A stretch of 63,864 nucleotides of DNA, the filler included, from Reclinomonas americana ATCC 50394 (Eukaryota): assembly GCA_048213135.1 (NCBI GenBank). It is 16 parts of 16 records of this genome, joined end to end, with 100 filler letters (N's around TTAATTAATTAA, not from the genome) between each part and the next. Parts side by side here need not be neighbours in the genome. Positions count along the whole stretch, not along the records: positions 18,938 to 24,317 come from AFZH01019392.1; positions 24,418 to 28,246 come from AFZH01019393.1; positions 28,347 to 34,014 come from AFZH01019394.1; positions 34,115 to 38,096 come from AFZH01019395.1; positions 38,197 to 42,704 come from AFZH01019396.1; 11 more parts are not named here. One strand, given 5' to 3'. The notes beneath the pieces were generated by a model. That model saw only the letters and a list, made by a program, of their open reading frames with translations. It was not told the DNA's origin and did no database searches. Below, piece after piece: positions 24,309 through 40,857 of this stretch. How positions within the stretch are numbered: position 1 is the stretch's first letter; each line of letters starts with the position of its first letter. Made by a program: the position numbers and the translations under genes.

Positions 24309-27300
24309 CGCGTCGACNNNNNNNNNNNNNNNNNNNNNNNNNNNNNNNNNNNNNNNNNNNNTTAATTAATTAANNNNNNNNNNNNNNNNNNNNNNNNNNN
24401 NNNNNNNNNNNNNNNNNCCCTTCTCCCTCCCTTCCCCTTCTCCCTCCCTCCCTCCCTTCCCCCTCCCCCAGTCTCCGAAGGCCCCGCTGCCCTGCGCGAC
24501 TACTTCCCCGCCTACGCCGCCTCGGTGCAGTCGCTGCGCAAGGGCAACTTGATTGTGCGTGTGCCTCCACTGCCTCCACTGCCGCAGGTGGCGCTCGACG
24601 GTGGACTGCCGCAACGCAAGCTGCGCATCGCGTACGAGGTCAAGTCGCCGTCGTGTGTGGTGTTCCGACACAACTACATGTACACTATCATCGGGCCGCT
24701 GCAAACGTGCGGCTGGGTGCCGTGCGTGGAGGGCGCCAGCGAATGCTGCCGATATCGCGTGGAGATCATTACGCATTTGCATCTGACGACTGTGTGTTCG
24801 GGAATCGTCAAGGAGCGAGTTGCGTCGCGAGTGCCGTTCCGTTCAGGATGCACGATTTCCCCCTGCTCACTGCAGGCGGAGCGCAGATGGAGAACCCGGA
24901 GACCGATCTGCGCACCGATGTGTTTGTGGTGGAGACGCCGATTCCCGCGCGTCACTTGTCGCTGGCGATTGGCGACTTTGAGATGTATGTTCCCGAATCG
25001 TTTCCACAGCAGGAGTTGGCGTGCTTGGTCGTGCGTCCGGTGGATTCCGGTGACCCGGCTGAAGCGGAGGCGATTACCGAGGAGGCCATTGCGCGCGCAC
25101 AGAGATTGATTGCCACGTGTTCATACATGCATCGGGTGAGGAGGCTGTGGGGAAGGGCGTTGAATTCTGTTGCTGCATCTCTGTCCTTGCCAGGATTCAT
25201 GTTGACGCCTGTCCTTTTTTTTGACACAAATCATGTCACTAGTTTGCATTCTTCACTCGGGATTTGTCGAACCCTTCCCCCTTCACTGGATCTCTGTCTC
25301 TGTCACTTCTCTGATTACCCTTGTTATCTTCCTCTTCTAATTGCTGTGCTGTGTGTGTGTGTGTGTGTGTGCAGGTGTTTGAGACATATGATCGCGAGTT
25401 CGGCCTCACATTCGGCATCATCTTTGGTGGCCAGTACACGCTTATCTTTGTCGACGACATTCCCGAGGAGACAATGAGCACCTTTAACTTTGCGCTGTGC
25501 AGGTGAGCAATTTGCGCTGTTTCATGTGTCTCGCCCGAGTTCTCATGGTTTTCTCGCCCAGCCGTTCACTGCTCCATCCGTTGGACGTGATTGACCCAGT
25601 GATGCACGCGCGAAAACAGCTCGCGTTTGCCGTGGCCCTCTCGTACGTCAAGGCGCTCGTGCTGGCCGAGGAGTGGTGAGCAGCGAGGGGGAATCTCTTT
25701 GTCTTGTTGGTCGTATATGTGGCTCACTCTCTGTGTTGCTGCAGGGGCGACATGTGGCTGGAGGTTGGCATTGCGGGGTACATGTGCGACTACTTTTACG
25801 ACAGTATGTTTGGACGCAACGAGCTCAAGTACATGCAGCGAATGGTGAGCGGTGTGGGGGAAAGGATTGGGGGAAAGGGAACGTGCATTGAGAGGGTCAG
25901 AGTACGTGGTGGAGGCGTGCCTCATGTTCTCTCGCTTGCCTTTGCATGTCTGTCGCTCTCACTCGCATTCCCTCTTCTGCGTCGTCTCTCTCTATGGTAG
26001 TCTTCACGTCTCGCAGCTTCTCTTGTGTGTGTATCTGTCGCTCTCCCTTGCATTCTTCTTGTGCTTCATCTCTCATTTTCTGCGCTTGTCTCCACTCTCG
26101 AACTGTTTCAGTCTCACTCTCTCTATCTCCATGTCTCGTGGCCTCCTTTCTCTCTGCATGTGTCTCACTCGCTTCGTCTCTCACTCTCTGTTTCAATCTG
26201 TCTCTCTCTTTCGCTCTCTCTCTTTCTCTCTCTCTCTCTCTCACTCTCTCTGTCCTCTCTTTCTCTCTCTCTCCCTCTCTCCCCCGCACGTATTACCATC
26301 TCTTGAATCCTCTTCTGCTATCTCTTTCCGCCCCCAGTTTCTTTCTCTCTTTCTCTCTCTGTCTCTCTCTCTCTGTCCCTCTCTCACATTCATTCTCTTT
26401 CTTTTAACATATCTCTGCCGTCTGTGTCTCTTTGTTTATCAGTTTCTCTCACTCATTCTTTTCTCCTCTCTCACACACACACGTTGTGCCTCTCCCCCCT
26501 CTCACTCTCTGTCTCCTTCTCTCACTCTCCCTCTCTCACATTCATTCTCTCTCGTTGAACGTATCTCTGCCGTCTGTCAGTTTCTCTCACTCATTCTTTT
26601 CTCCTCTTTCTCTCTCTCACATCTCCCACCTACTCCCTTTTCTCTCTCCCCCTTCTCACTTTCTCCCTCCCTCCTCTTCCCCTCGCCCACCACAGCGCCA
26701 CGAATGGGTGTGCGACCACGACATTGGCGTGCAACCGCTGTGCACCACCGACGACTTTGCGCACCCCGCCGAACTGGTCTCGGAGGTGGTGACGCAAAAA
26801 TCCGCCGCCGTGTTCCGGTTGATGGAAAAGGCGACCGATCACCCATTCAAGCGGGTATGTTCTTCGGGGAGAGGCAGAAAGCGAACACCCGCGCAAACAC
26901 ATACAGAGAGAGGAGGGAGGAGAGGAGAGAGAGAGAGAGGGAATGGCTCTGCCTGTTGTGTTGATGGTGGCCTCTTCCCCCACGTGCAGATGATCAGCCA
27001 GACCCTGCAAGCCTGTGCCCAGAACGCCGAGCGAGTAGCACATCGGCGGCTAGGGACCAAGGAGCTACAAAAGGCCCTGTCGCGCATCGATCCCGTCTTC
27101 ACCGAATTCTTTGCGCTGTGGGTGTACGGAAAGGGGTGTCCCGAGATGGAGATCAGCTTCCGCTACGATCACCGTCTCAATGTCATCACATTCGGCATTC
27201 ATGTGTTGAATGCGCACATTTTTGCCGACTCCAAGGCCTCGGTGCGTCCACATGCAGTGACCTCATGTGTGTGTGCGCCACATCGCTCTTACACTTTGGT

Positions 27301-30300
27301 CTCCACCCAGATCCCTCTCAACATTGCTGTGGAGGAAAAGACGCGCCGATACACATGCCTCGTCAACGTCAATCGCAAGTACATTCTGCAACGCTACGAG
27401 TGCGCCTCCAAGCCGAAAAAGTATCTGAAGGCCGGCGAGGACTTTGAGCCGCAACTCGACGAACAGTTGCGATGGGACTGTTGTTTTTCGTGCACCGAAT
27501 GCTGTCCTTTGCTGACTCGTTTTTCCCCAACAGGAACGACTCGAACATTCACTGGATCCGCATCGATCCGGACATGCAGGGATTGATTCGAGCGCGCTTC
27601 TTCCAGCCGCAGTGCATGTGGGTGCGGCAGCTCAAGGAGGATCCATGTATATGGGCGCAGATGGATGTGAGTAAGAGGGGAAGGGGAAGAGGGGAGGGGA
27701 GGGAAGGCAAGGAGAGGAAGAGGGGACGACGAATACTAGAATAGGCAGTATGCACTGGAGTTGATTAGAGAGGATGTGAAAGGGAGAAGGAAAAGGGGAG
27801 CGAGAGCAAGATAAATACATATCATCGTCGGGGGAAGTACAGAACAAGAAGGAGAGCAGTGGCACCCGCTATGGAGGGGTAGTGTGAGAAGGAGTCAAGA
27901 CTGTCAAGAGATAGGTAGAGGGACAGCGTCGCGCAGAATACCGGGGGACGACGAGAAGTAACTGGCATGATGTGTACTGGATCTGGTGCGAGGATGTGAA
28001 ATGGAGAAACAGAGGAGAAGATAGCGAGAGTCACAAGAGACACAAGAAATGAGAAAGATGGAGAATGTGTGTTAGATAGACAGAGAGCGACCATAGATAG
28101 GGAGCGAGAGGAGACATTAAGAAACGTGAGTCGAACGATCGGGAACGAAAGACAACAGCAGTGGTAATGAATGCGCCCTCTCTCTCTCCCTCTATCTCCC
28201 CCGCCTCTCCCTCCCCTCTCTTCCCCCTTCTCTTCCCCCCCTCTCTNNNNNNNNNNNNNNNNNNNNNNNNNNNNNNNNNNNNNNNNNNNNTTAATTAATT
28301 AANNNNNNNNNNNNNNNNNNNNNNNNNNNNNNNNNNNNNNNNNNNNGCACAGATGTTGCTGGAGGACTCGGATGGTGAGAGTGTGGACGGCCGTGGCGGA
28401 GGCGGTCCTCTGCTGTACGGCCAAGGCGGATGTACGGTACAGCAGCTCTTCCCCTTCTCTTCCCCCCTCTCTTCCCCCTTCTCTTCCCCATCTCTCCCCC
28501 TTGTCTTCCCCCTTCCCTTCTCCTATCTCCCTCGCCTCTCTCTTCCCATCTACTTCCCTCCTTCCCCCCTTCTCTTCCCCCCTTCTCTTCCCCTCCCTCC
28601 CCTTTCTTCCCCCTTCCCCTCCTTTCCCTCATACCCCTTCTCCCCCTCCCCGCAGGCCATCGAAGCCCTCCACTCATTCACCTACCGCGGCACCGTCGGC
28701 ACCTACCTGGAGGACTTTATGCTCAACCCACGCTTCTTCCACCGCTGCCGTTCCGGCGCCGCCGACACCCTCGTGCAGTTCACCGGCAAGGGCACGCGCA
28801 ACGGCGTCGGCTTCCTCATTGACCTGTTCAAGCGCCTATTCTTCTCTGCGGAGCACGCCATGGTGGCCCCGAATCGCTTCACCAATGTGCCGACCTACTT
28901 TTTCGAAAAGGTGTGACACATTGCGCGCCTCACTCTCTGTGACAGATCCATGTCGCGCTCACCTCTGTATACTGCAGGGACTGATCGAGGGCATGTCGGC
29001 AATCGGCAGCATGCCCAAGGTAACGGTCGAGACGCGCACCGTCGTCCGCAACTTTTTCCTCGACCTGCTCGACATGAATAACAACGAGTCGAACGAGGTT
29101 TTGTGTGCACGTGCTGCGTGATCTGCAGCCGACCGTCGCCCTCATTTCTCGTGCCACAGTACTCGGACAGTCACTACGTGGCGGAGATCTTCTTGGCCAT
29201 TGGTCGTCTGGCGCCTCTGGAGGCCGCTGAGACCGAAGGTGTGATGGCCAGATGTCGACGCTTCATGGAGGGCGAGCAGTTGCATCCGTCGCACAACTTT
29301 GTCGTGGCGTGTGCCATTTACAAGGTCTGTGTTTTTGGGGTAGTAAGAGATGGAGCTATGTGAGCGCTGACACCCCGCGCAGTGCTGGGCGGCCATGTGC
29401 AACGCGTGCGCCGAGTTTCCCGGCCGAACCGAGTTGATCGAGTCCATGTGGCAGGGCTTTTCGTTGCGCACCATTCCCAGTCGCTGTGTGTCCTCCGGTA
29501 CTCATCCTTTAAGGGATGCAGATCGGCGGCGGCGTTTGACGTGGTGCACGTCTGCATGCTGTGTGTGCTGGCGGTGGCCGGCGCAGATGCACAATTGTCT
29601 GGACAATCGGCTGCTGCGGAGGAACTCATGGGCCGTGTGTTGGTGACGCTGGACGACATTGGTGTGCGCGAGTCTCCGCACTTTCGCAATCGGTTACTGG
29701 CGCCGCTCTCCGATGTGTTGCAGACGGTGCGCGACGTGGCGTAAGAGTTTTTGTGTGGTGTGGTGTCTGTCTCACACCGAGTGACCACAGCAACACATCA
29801 AGGAGGATGCGGATTACTCTCGTGGTCACGGAGTCGATGAGTCGTACTTTTTCGGCAGGCTATCATGGCGGAATCACCTCGCCGCGTCCATTGCACCGCT
29901 AAAGCTGGAGCACGTGGCGGCTGCGCTCGGCGTGTTGCACAATTTGCCTACATCCTCGGTGAAGCGCATGTGGACGTGGTTGAGGTGCGTGTTTTTGGTG
30001 CATCTTTCTTCTCCTATGTGTACATTGCACCGACACACAAATCGCAGGGCACCTGCATCATGCGATCACTACTCGCGGTGGCGCGCACTCCGCTTCTATC
30101 ACGTTGCCTTTGACTTGGACAAACCGGTGCCTCGACAGCCGGTGGAGCGACAGCGTTGGCTTCCCTGTGTCGTTGCCGCCACTGTCACGACGTTGCGTTT
30201 GGCTATGGAGAAGGAGATATCTGTGGGTCGTGGTCCTTACTGCTTCTGCATCGCGCCACAGTCGCTCTCAGTCGGGCGAACCTGCTGTGAAGAGGCAGCG

Positions 30301-33290
30301 CACCGATGCCGCAGGATCCTCAGTCTCCACTGCGGCCACGCCGGCCACGCCCGCTGTGCCGGATGTACCGGCCAGCCTGTCATGGGCAAAATCGAGCCAG
30401 CCAGAGGAGCAGTCGGAAGTCGCGCCAGTTGCGATACTCACTCTTGCCAACGCAAGAAGAAATCAAGTAATCATCCTCTTATATTCCCTGCACAGATGTT
30501 GCTGGAGGACTCGGATGGTGAGAGTGTGGACGGCCGTGGCGGAGGCGGTCCTTCGCGCCAACACAAGGCACGAAAGGCGCCGAAGAAGAGGCCGAGGGAC
30601 TCGCCTTCGGGTTCCTTGTCGGACGATGAAACGCCTCTGCCGCGTGCGTCGAGCTCTGGCAGCCTGTTCTCTGCTGCCGCATACCCCAGACAGGTTTATT
30701 TCGCACTGTGTTGTTGTTGTTGCTTGGCGCATACGTCTCGCAATCCTCACTCTTGTCGTCGCAGTCGTTTGGAGTTGCGCAGACAATCGAGCCGGTCGAA
30801 TACCTCCATATTACCACCAATGTGGCGTCGTTTGTGTACGCGTGTGATCGGAAGGCTGCCGATGCGGCCGCGCTTGTGCTGAGCGAGTTGCGTGTCTGTC
30901 GCCTCGGTGATCGCGGTCGTCGTCGATTCTCACACGTGTTGCAGGTTGCCTGTGTTTGGCACATTTGGCGTGCTGAATGGCGTCTACACGATGAAGTTCC
31001 CCTCTACCGATAGAACCACAGAAGTTGCGAGCGCACCGCTTGTGTGTTTGACGGTGGAGTGTCTCTGTTCGCTGACCCTCTCTTTCTTGTCGGAGCAGGT
31101 GTATCGAACAGCGAAACTATCTGCGCGGCACGGAAAGGGCGCACTCGCTCTGTGGCAGGAGTCGCCAGGCGGTGCCGCGTACCTGTGCACCCATGACGGA
31201 ACCACACATTACGAACATGGCGGTTTCGGCGCCGAGTGTCTCGGATTCGCCAAGACGATTGCACCCAAGTTGCGCGCATTCGCTCCATGCCTACTTTTTT
31301 TGGTGCTCCTGTCCTCTCTCACTCATGCTGTGCACAGAGAGCTGTCGATCAGTCAGGTGCCACACAACGCGCCCTTCCGCATCACGCCGTCGCGTCGCGT
31401 CGAGTTGCAGCTGATGCGCCCCAGCGATGCGTCGGCTGACGCGGACTCGATGTTGGATCCCGAAGAGCTGCTGCAGCCGTTTGCCGTGCATCTGTTTGAG
31501 TCGGTACGTCGCCGTGCATCGTGCTCGACGTGACAGACATGTTGGCTCAAGATAGTGTGCGCCAGGTGGTGGGTGATCGCTTGTGGGAGCAGTCGCTGGA
31601 GGTGTCGACGTGGTACATGCTGAACGGCATGTTGGTGATTCCGCTCGCCGATCCTGCCGTCGGTGAATTGTATCACGGTCGTGTGTATGGATCGCTGACG
31701 AAGAAGAAGGTGGTGGAGTATGGTGATGTGGCGTATTGGCCCACGAGTTGCGTAGGGAGGGGAACCGAAGGGGAAGGGTGGTGAAGGGGAACCGAAGGGG
31801 AAGGGCGGTGAGGGGGAAGGGATGGCGAAGGGGAAGGGAATGGGGAAGGGAGGGGGAAGGGCGGTGAATGGGAAGGGCAGTAAAGGGGATGAGAGGGTAA
31901 GAGAAAGGGAGGGGGAGAAGGAGAGGGAAGTGAAGGTGGAGAGGTGGGCAAAGAGAAATGAAGAAGGAGTGGGAAGTAAAGGTGGAGAGATGGGAGAGAG
32001 AGATTGCGTTGTGACTGTTGAAGCGTGCGAGAGGGAGTGTGAAGCTGCGGAATCTGTACAGGCTGTGCTCGGCTGAGGTCGTGTTGCAAGTCTAGAGATG
32101 CAGAGAGGAGAAGATGAGAGATAGACAGAGAATTGAAGGGGGAATGAGAGAAGGGAGTCGAAAGATGTAATCTGCTGGTTGTGCGTTGATGAGTCTGTGT
32201 CGCGTGTGGAGAGGTAAGACGGAGATGAAGGGGTAAGATGGAAATGAGAAAGAATAGGGAGGACAGGCAGTTTGTGCACCAGCTGTGCTTGAGAACAGCA
32301 CCAAGCAGTTGTTGCGCTGTGCAACTGCGAGTCAACTTGCGAAAGGAGAGTACAGTGCTGAGTTTAGAATGCGCGAGAGATAACTTTTCGCTCTTCCATG
32401 TGTGTAATGGCACGGTTCTTTAGTTGCTTGAGAGAGGAAGCACCTTTTGCCCTTCTGTTATCCTTTGTCCTCCTCATCTCTCACGCCTTTTATTCCCCAC
32501 CCGACCCGCAGGCCGCAACGCCAGTGGTGCCATGACGGGCAACGCTCTCGTGATTGTCTTCTCAGCCACCAACTTTGGCAAGGGCTCGCAACTGGCGCTG
32601 GCCGAGGAGTGCCCGGTGGTTGGTCGTTTCCACCCCTCCGAGGAGACGCGTGCCGACTTGGAGAACTTGTCGCGCATCAGCCTGCGCATGGCGTCGGAGG
32701 AGGATGCGCAGAATGCGGACCTTGGTCGCATGGCGCGCGACGTTCCCATGTTGCTGGCGCCAGTGCGCGGCAAGGGTCACATGCAGGGCATGTGGCGCAT
32801 CGGTCAAGAGGAGACGTACTCGGGCTTCTTCCAATTGTGGGACACGCTGGCGTCGGATGCGTTTGTGTCGGCTGTGAAGACGACGGGTGAGGAGGGGAAG
32901 GGAGAAGGAGAGAGAAGGCTGACATGCTTCCTCACTTTGTGTGTGTTTCCAGGTGGAGTGTTTTCCGCCAGACTCGGCGCCTACATGCAGGGAGCTGTCA
33001 CCATTTTGCGGGTCGAGTGCGCTGAAATCGACTGGCCCAGTCAGCTCGTGAGCAATGCTTACGATGAGCAGCAGCGCACTACCATGATGCCGGGCGAATT
33101 CGGGTACAGCATGGTCGACAGCTCGCTGGTGATTTGCGCTCCCGGTCCGGCGCACATGCAGAGTGTGCCGGTCGTGCTCGCGAGACCAGTGTCAATGATT
33201 GGGCGCTTCTCGAGTGCCGGCTGGCACATGTTGCAGCGAGGTGCCGTCCCGGGCGTGTGGTTCTCCATGGTGTTAGACGCGCAGCAGTAG
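23825..33290 (+). CDS. TAF2: TFIID subunit 2 (TAF2) with C-terminal extension of three cyclophilin-like domains (multi-exon, spans two gaps)
   Basis: HAAVCVQVDL, WVPCVE, IPARHLSLAIGDFE, LIFVDD, LLHPLDVIDP, DMWLEVGIAGY, FGRNELKY, WVYGKGCP, WIRIDPDM, QPQCMWVRQL and NNESNE-YSDSHYVA are all TAF2 motifs. Exons remain spliceable in frame to TAG at 33288-33290. Confidence 0.92.
28347..28445. other. Assembly artefact: mate-pair internal adapter joined to a misplaced copy of 30490-30552
   Basis: 28410-28445 is CTGCTGTACGGCCAAGGCGGATGTACGGTACAGCAG, the reverse complement of the SOLiD-style long-mate-pair internal adapter as I recall it. The preceding 63 nt duplicate a TAF2 segment about 2.1 kb downstream. 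Confidence 0.85.
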
Positions 33291-33346
33291 AGACGGTGAA
33301 TGACGAAAATGGAATTGTGCATAAGCGTGGAATTGCCACTTTCTTT

Positions 33347-33533
33347 TCATTCGTGATACTTGGCCAGCTCCATCAGCATCTTCTCCACCTCGTCGGGGTG
33401 GTACCGTGCGAGAGACTTGATGAGCGCCGTGGCCTCCTCGGGGTTGTCGGGTGAGAGATTGATGAGCAGGGTGATTTCGAGGTCGGTGAGCGGGCCGGCC
33501 TCGCTCATGATAAAGTCGTCGCGCATGAGCTCG
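33347..33533 (-). CDS. RPB4: RNA polymerase II subunit RPB4, terminal exon
   Basis: ELMRDDFIMSEAGPLTDLEITLLINLSPDNPEEATALIKSLARYHPDEVEKMLMELAKYHE* matches the RPB4 HRDC-like motif LxNLxPxxxEEAxALIxSL. Acceptor CAG lies immediately upstream. The Pol III paralogue C17 is less likely. Confidence 0.8.
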
Positions 33534-33858
33534 CTGCACGATATGAGAGAAGGGAGAGTGAGGGGCAGAGGGGGGAGGGACGAAGGGAGAAGGGGAAGGG
33601 AAAGGGAGAAGGGAGAAGGGAGTGAGAGAGAGACAGAGGGAAGAAAGGGAGCAGAGAGATAGAGAAAAGAGAGAAACGACTGAGTCTTGCAAAGGGAACG
33701 ATATCAAGAAGAACGCGATTGACGCCCACGGAGAGCAGAGATACAGGGTGGAGAGAGAGAGAGAGAGAAACGAGAGAAACGACTGAGTCTTGCAAAGGGA
33801 ATGAAATAGAGGATAACGCAATTGACGCCCACGGAGAGAAGTGAGGGGAGATCGAGGG

Positions 33859-34014
<156 letters not shown>

Positions 34015-34152
34015 NNNNNNNNNNNNNNNNNNNNNNNNNNNNNNNNNNNNNNNNNNNNTTAATTAATTAANNNNNNNNNNNNNNNNNNNNNNNNNNNNNN
34101 NNNNNNNNNNNNNNCACCTCTCACACACCCCATCTGACGCCCTCTCGCACAG

Positions 34153-36585
34153 GCATCCAACGCATCCGCAAGGTCTCTCACACACAAGCAGCATGCAATC
34201 TTCCTCTCTCTTTCTCTCTCACACGTGTCTGCATGCAGGACTACAAGAGCGGCTCAGGCACAGATCGCTCCATCACTCTACACCTGATACTCCGTCACGT
34301 CTACAACACCATCATCCGCGTTGTTCCGCGATCCATTGCGTTGCGCTCTTTCTGCACAACAATCACTTGTCTCCTATCTCACTCCTTTACAGTCCGAACG
34401 TGATCACTCTGACCGGCTTCCTCTGTGTGGCACTCTTCGTGGCCACTGGTGTCTATTATGCCCCGCAGCTGCTTGGCGAGTGCCCGCGATGGGTCTACCT
34501 GCTCTCCGCAGTGTGCATGCTAGCCTATCAGACGTGCGACAACCTCGACGGAAAGCAGGCGGTGCGCACCAAGTCGTCGTCGGCACTGGGCGAGCTGTTT
34601 GATCATGGAGTCGATGCGTTGGCGGTGCCGGTGAGCCCCTTGCTTTGAGAGAGAAAGGCTTGCCACCTGACGCAGCTTCTCTCTCGTTTGTTAGTTGGGC
34701 ACTGTCGGCGTCTGTGTGTCGTTGTCGTTGGGGATTTCGTGGGGCGCGGTGCTGTACTTGTGGACGGCCACGCTGCCGTTTGGGTGTGCCACGTGGGAGG
34801 AGTTGCGACGCGCGCGGTGAAGAGTGGGTGCGGTTGCTTTGTGTTTCTCTCTCTCACACGTGGTGAGGTGGTGCAGATATCATCGCGGCTTCCTGCACTT
34901 TCCCGTCATCAATGGCGCCATTGAGGGCTTGATCCTGATTGCCGGCTTGCATCTCATCTCGTTCTTCAATGGTGTGCGCGGGGGAATGGGCAGAGAGAGG
35001 GGGAGGGAGGGAGAGGGAGGGAGGAGAGACATGCTCCTCCTCTTCCTCCTCCTCCTTCCCTTCTTCTGCTTCTTGTTGGTGGCGGAGTTCTTCTTCTTTT
35101 CCTTCTTTTATTCTTCTCATCCTCCTCATCCTTCTTCTCTTCTCCCTTTTTCTTTTCTTCTCTTTATGTTTTTTCTTGAGGAGAAGAAGGAAGTGGAGGA
35201 AGAAGAAGGAAGTGGGTGAGGGAGGAGAAGAAGAAAAAGAACAACAACAACAGCAATAACTACAACAATAAGAACGAGAAGGAGATGAGGATGGAGATGG
35301 AGAAGAATGTAAGAAATAAACTGTGACGGCGAGAAGAGAAGTTCCTCCACCTCTCCTCCTCTTCTTCTTCTCCCTCCTCCCCGTCTTTTTTCTCATTTAT
35401 TGTTCAGTTCATCGTCAACTCTTCCGTTTGCTTCCTCCTCCTCATCATCATCATCATCCTCCTCCCCGTCTTTTTTCTCATTTATTGTTTAGTTCATCGT
35501 CAACTCTCCCGTTTGCTTCCTCCTCCTCCTCATCATCATCATCATCCTCCTCCTCCTCCTCTTCCTCTTCCTCCTCTCCTCCTCTTCTCTCTCTCTTCTT
35601 CTTCTTCTTCTTGCTCTTCTCTTTGTCCTCCTCTTCCTCTTTTTTCTCATTTATTGTTCAGTTCATTGTCTTCTTCTTCTTCTTCTTCTCTCTCTCTCTC
35701 TCGTCTTCGTCTTCTTCTTCTTCTTCTTCTCCTCGTCCTCCTCCTCGCCCTTTTCCTTACCACTCCTTTCCCTTCCCCTCGATTGCAGGTTCCGGCATCT
35801 GGCACCAGGACCTCGCCACCATCTTCCCCAACTCCTCCCTGACCAAGTTGCCGCTGCTGCACGGCATTCCCCTGTACCAGTACGCACTGGCCATTGGCCT
35901 CGCGCAGGTCACGCTCACGTCGGTGCAAAAGTTGAGGCAATCGCTCCTCTCCCTCTCTTCCGCATCGTGCCCTCACTCACCACACTCCGCGCAGCCTGAT
36001 CCGAGTGGCCAGCAACGAGTCACGCCACGTGAGTCGTGAAGGCACCTTCCGCTCCCTGCTGCCACTGGCCGTCTGGGCCGTATGCATGTTCGCGTGGCGG
36101 GCCTTCACCCCCGACTTGCCGGCCATGGAGCGCCTGCCCGTGCTGTATTTTGCCGCCGTCGGCTGCTCCTTCGCCAAGCTGTCGGTGAGTCGAGCGACGC
36201 AGGCAGCAAGGCGATGTTGCGCACTCAACCACGCCTGCGCTCACAGACCAACCTCACCGTGTGCCACGTCTCGTACGACCCGTATCCGCTGCTGCACTGG
36301 AACCTCCTTCCGGTCATGGTACCAGCCGTGCACGCCTGCATCGCCTTCTTCACCGGGTACAACTCGCACCACACTGCCTTTTGTGGTCCTCTTCACCCCC
36401 ACTCACTTGCGTCTTTGCGCAGTCACGTTTACATTGACGAAACCACGCTCCTATATCTCTCGGCACTGACGTCGACCGCCCTCTACGTCGGCTACATTGT
36501 GCGCGTCGTGCGCGAGATCTCCACACGTGCCGGCATTCCCGTGTTTACATTACCGCCACTGGAGGTCGTCGCCAAGGCCCAGTAA
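34153..36585 (+). CDS. CDP-alcohol phosphotransferase (choline/ethanolamine phosphotransferase, CEPT1/EPT1/AAPT-like), 5' end at gap
   Basis: APNVITLTGF, YQTCDNLDGKQAVRTKSSSALGELFDHGVDA (the CDP-alcohol motif) and TWEEYH...NGAIEG, plus multiple TM exons. Stop TAA at 36583-36585. Confidence 0.95.
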
Positions 36586-36621
36586 AGCAAGCAAGCAAGC
36601 AAGCGACGTTGAGCAACAAGA

Positions 36622-40618
<3,997 letters not shown>

Positions 40619-40857
40619 CGGTCAATGGGAAGGCGACTGGGTGGTGGCAGAAGAGAGGGAGGGAGAAGGGGTTGGAAGGAGAGTGCAAGCGCTTGCGTGT
40701 CCTTTAGTCCTCACTTCACGCTCTCGCTTGCCAGCGTTGAGTTCAAGATAGTCAGCAGTGCACAGGAACATCATGGACCTTTACATGCAGCTCAAGGACG
40801 CTCAAACCAGTCGACGTCTCTTCAACACCTGCCTACCTCTCGATCAGCTTTCGCGCC

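Noticed and set aside
30887..30944. Alternative reading of GTTGCG donors as non-canonical TT-AG introns with the G exonic
   Set aside because: Moving the cut by one base breaks the frame here, gives an immediate TAG in eIF2A, and destroys the conserved motifs in CEPT and FAXDC2. The GT cut fits all tested cases.
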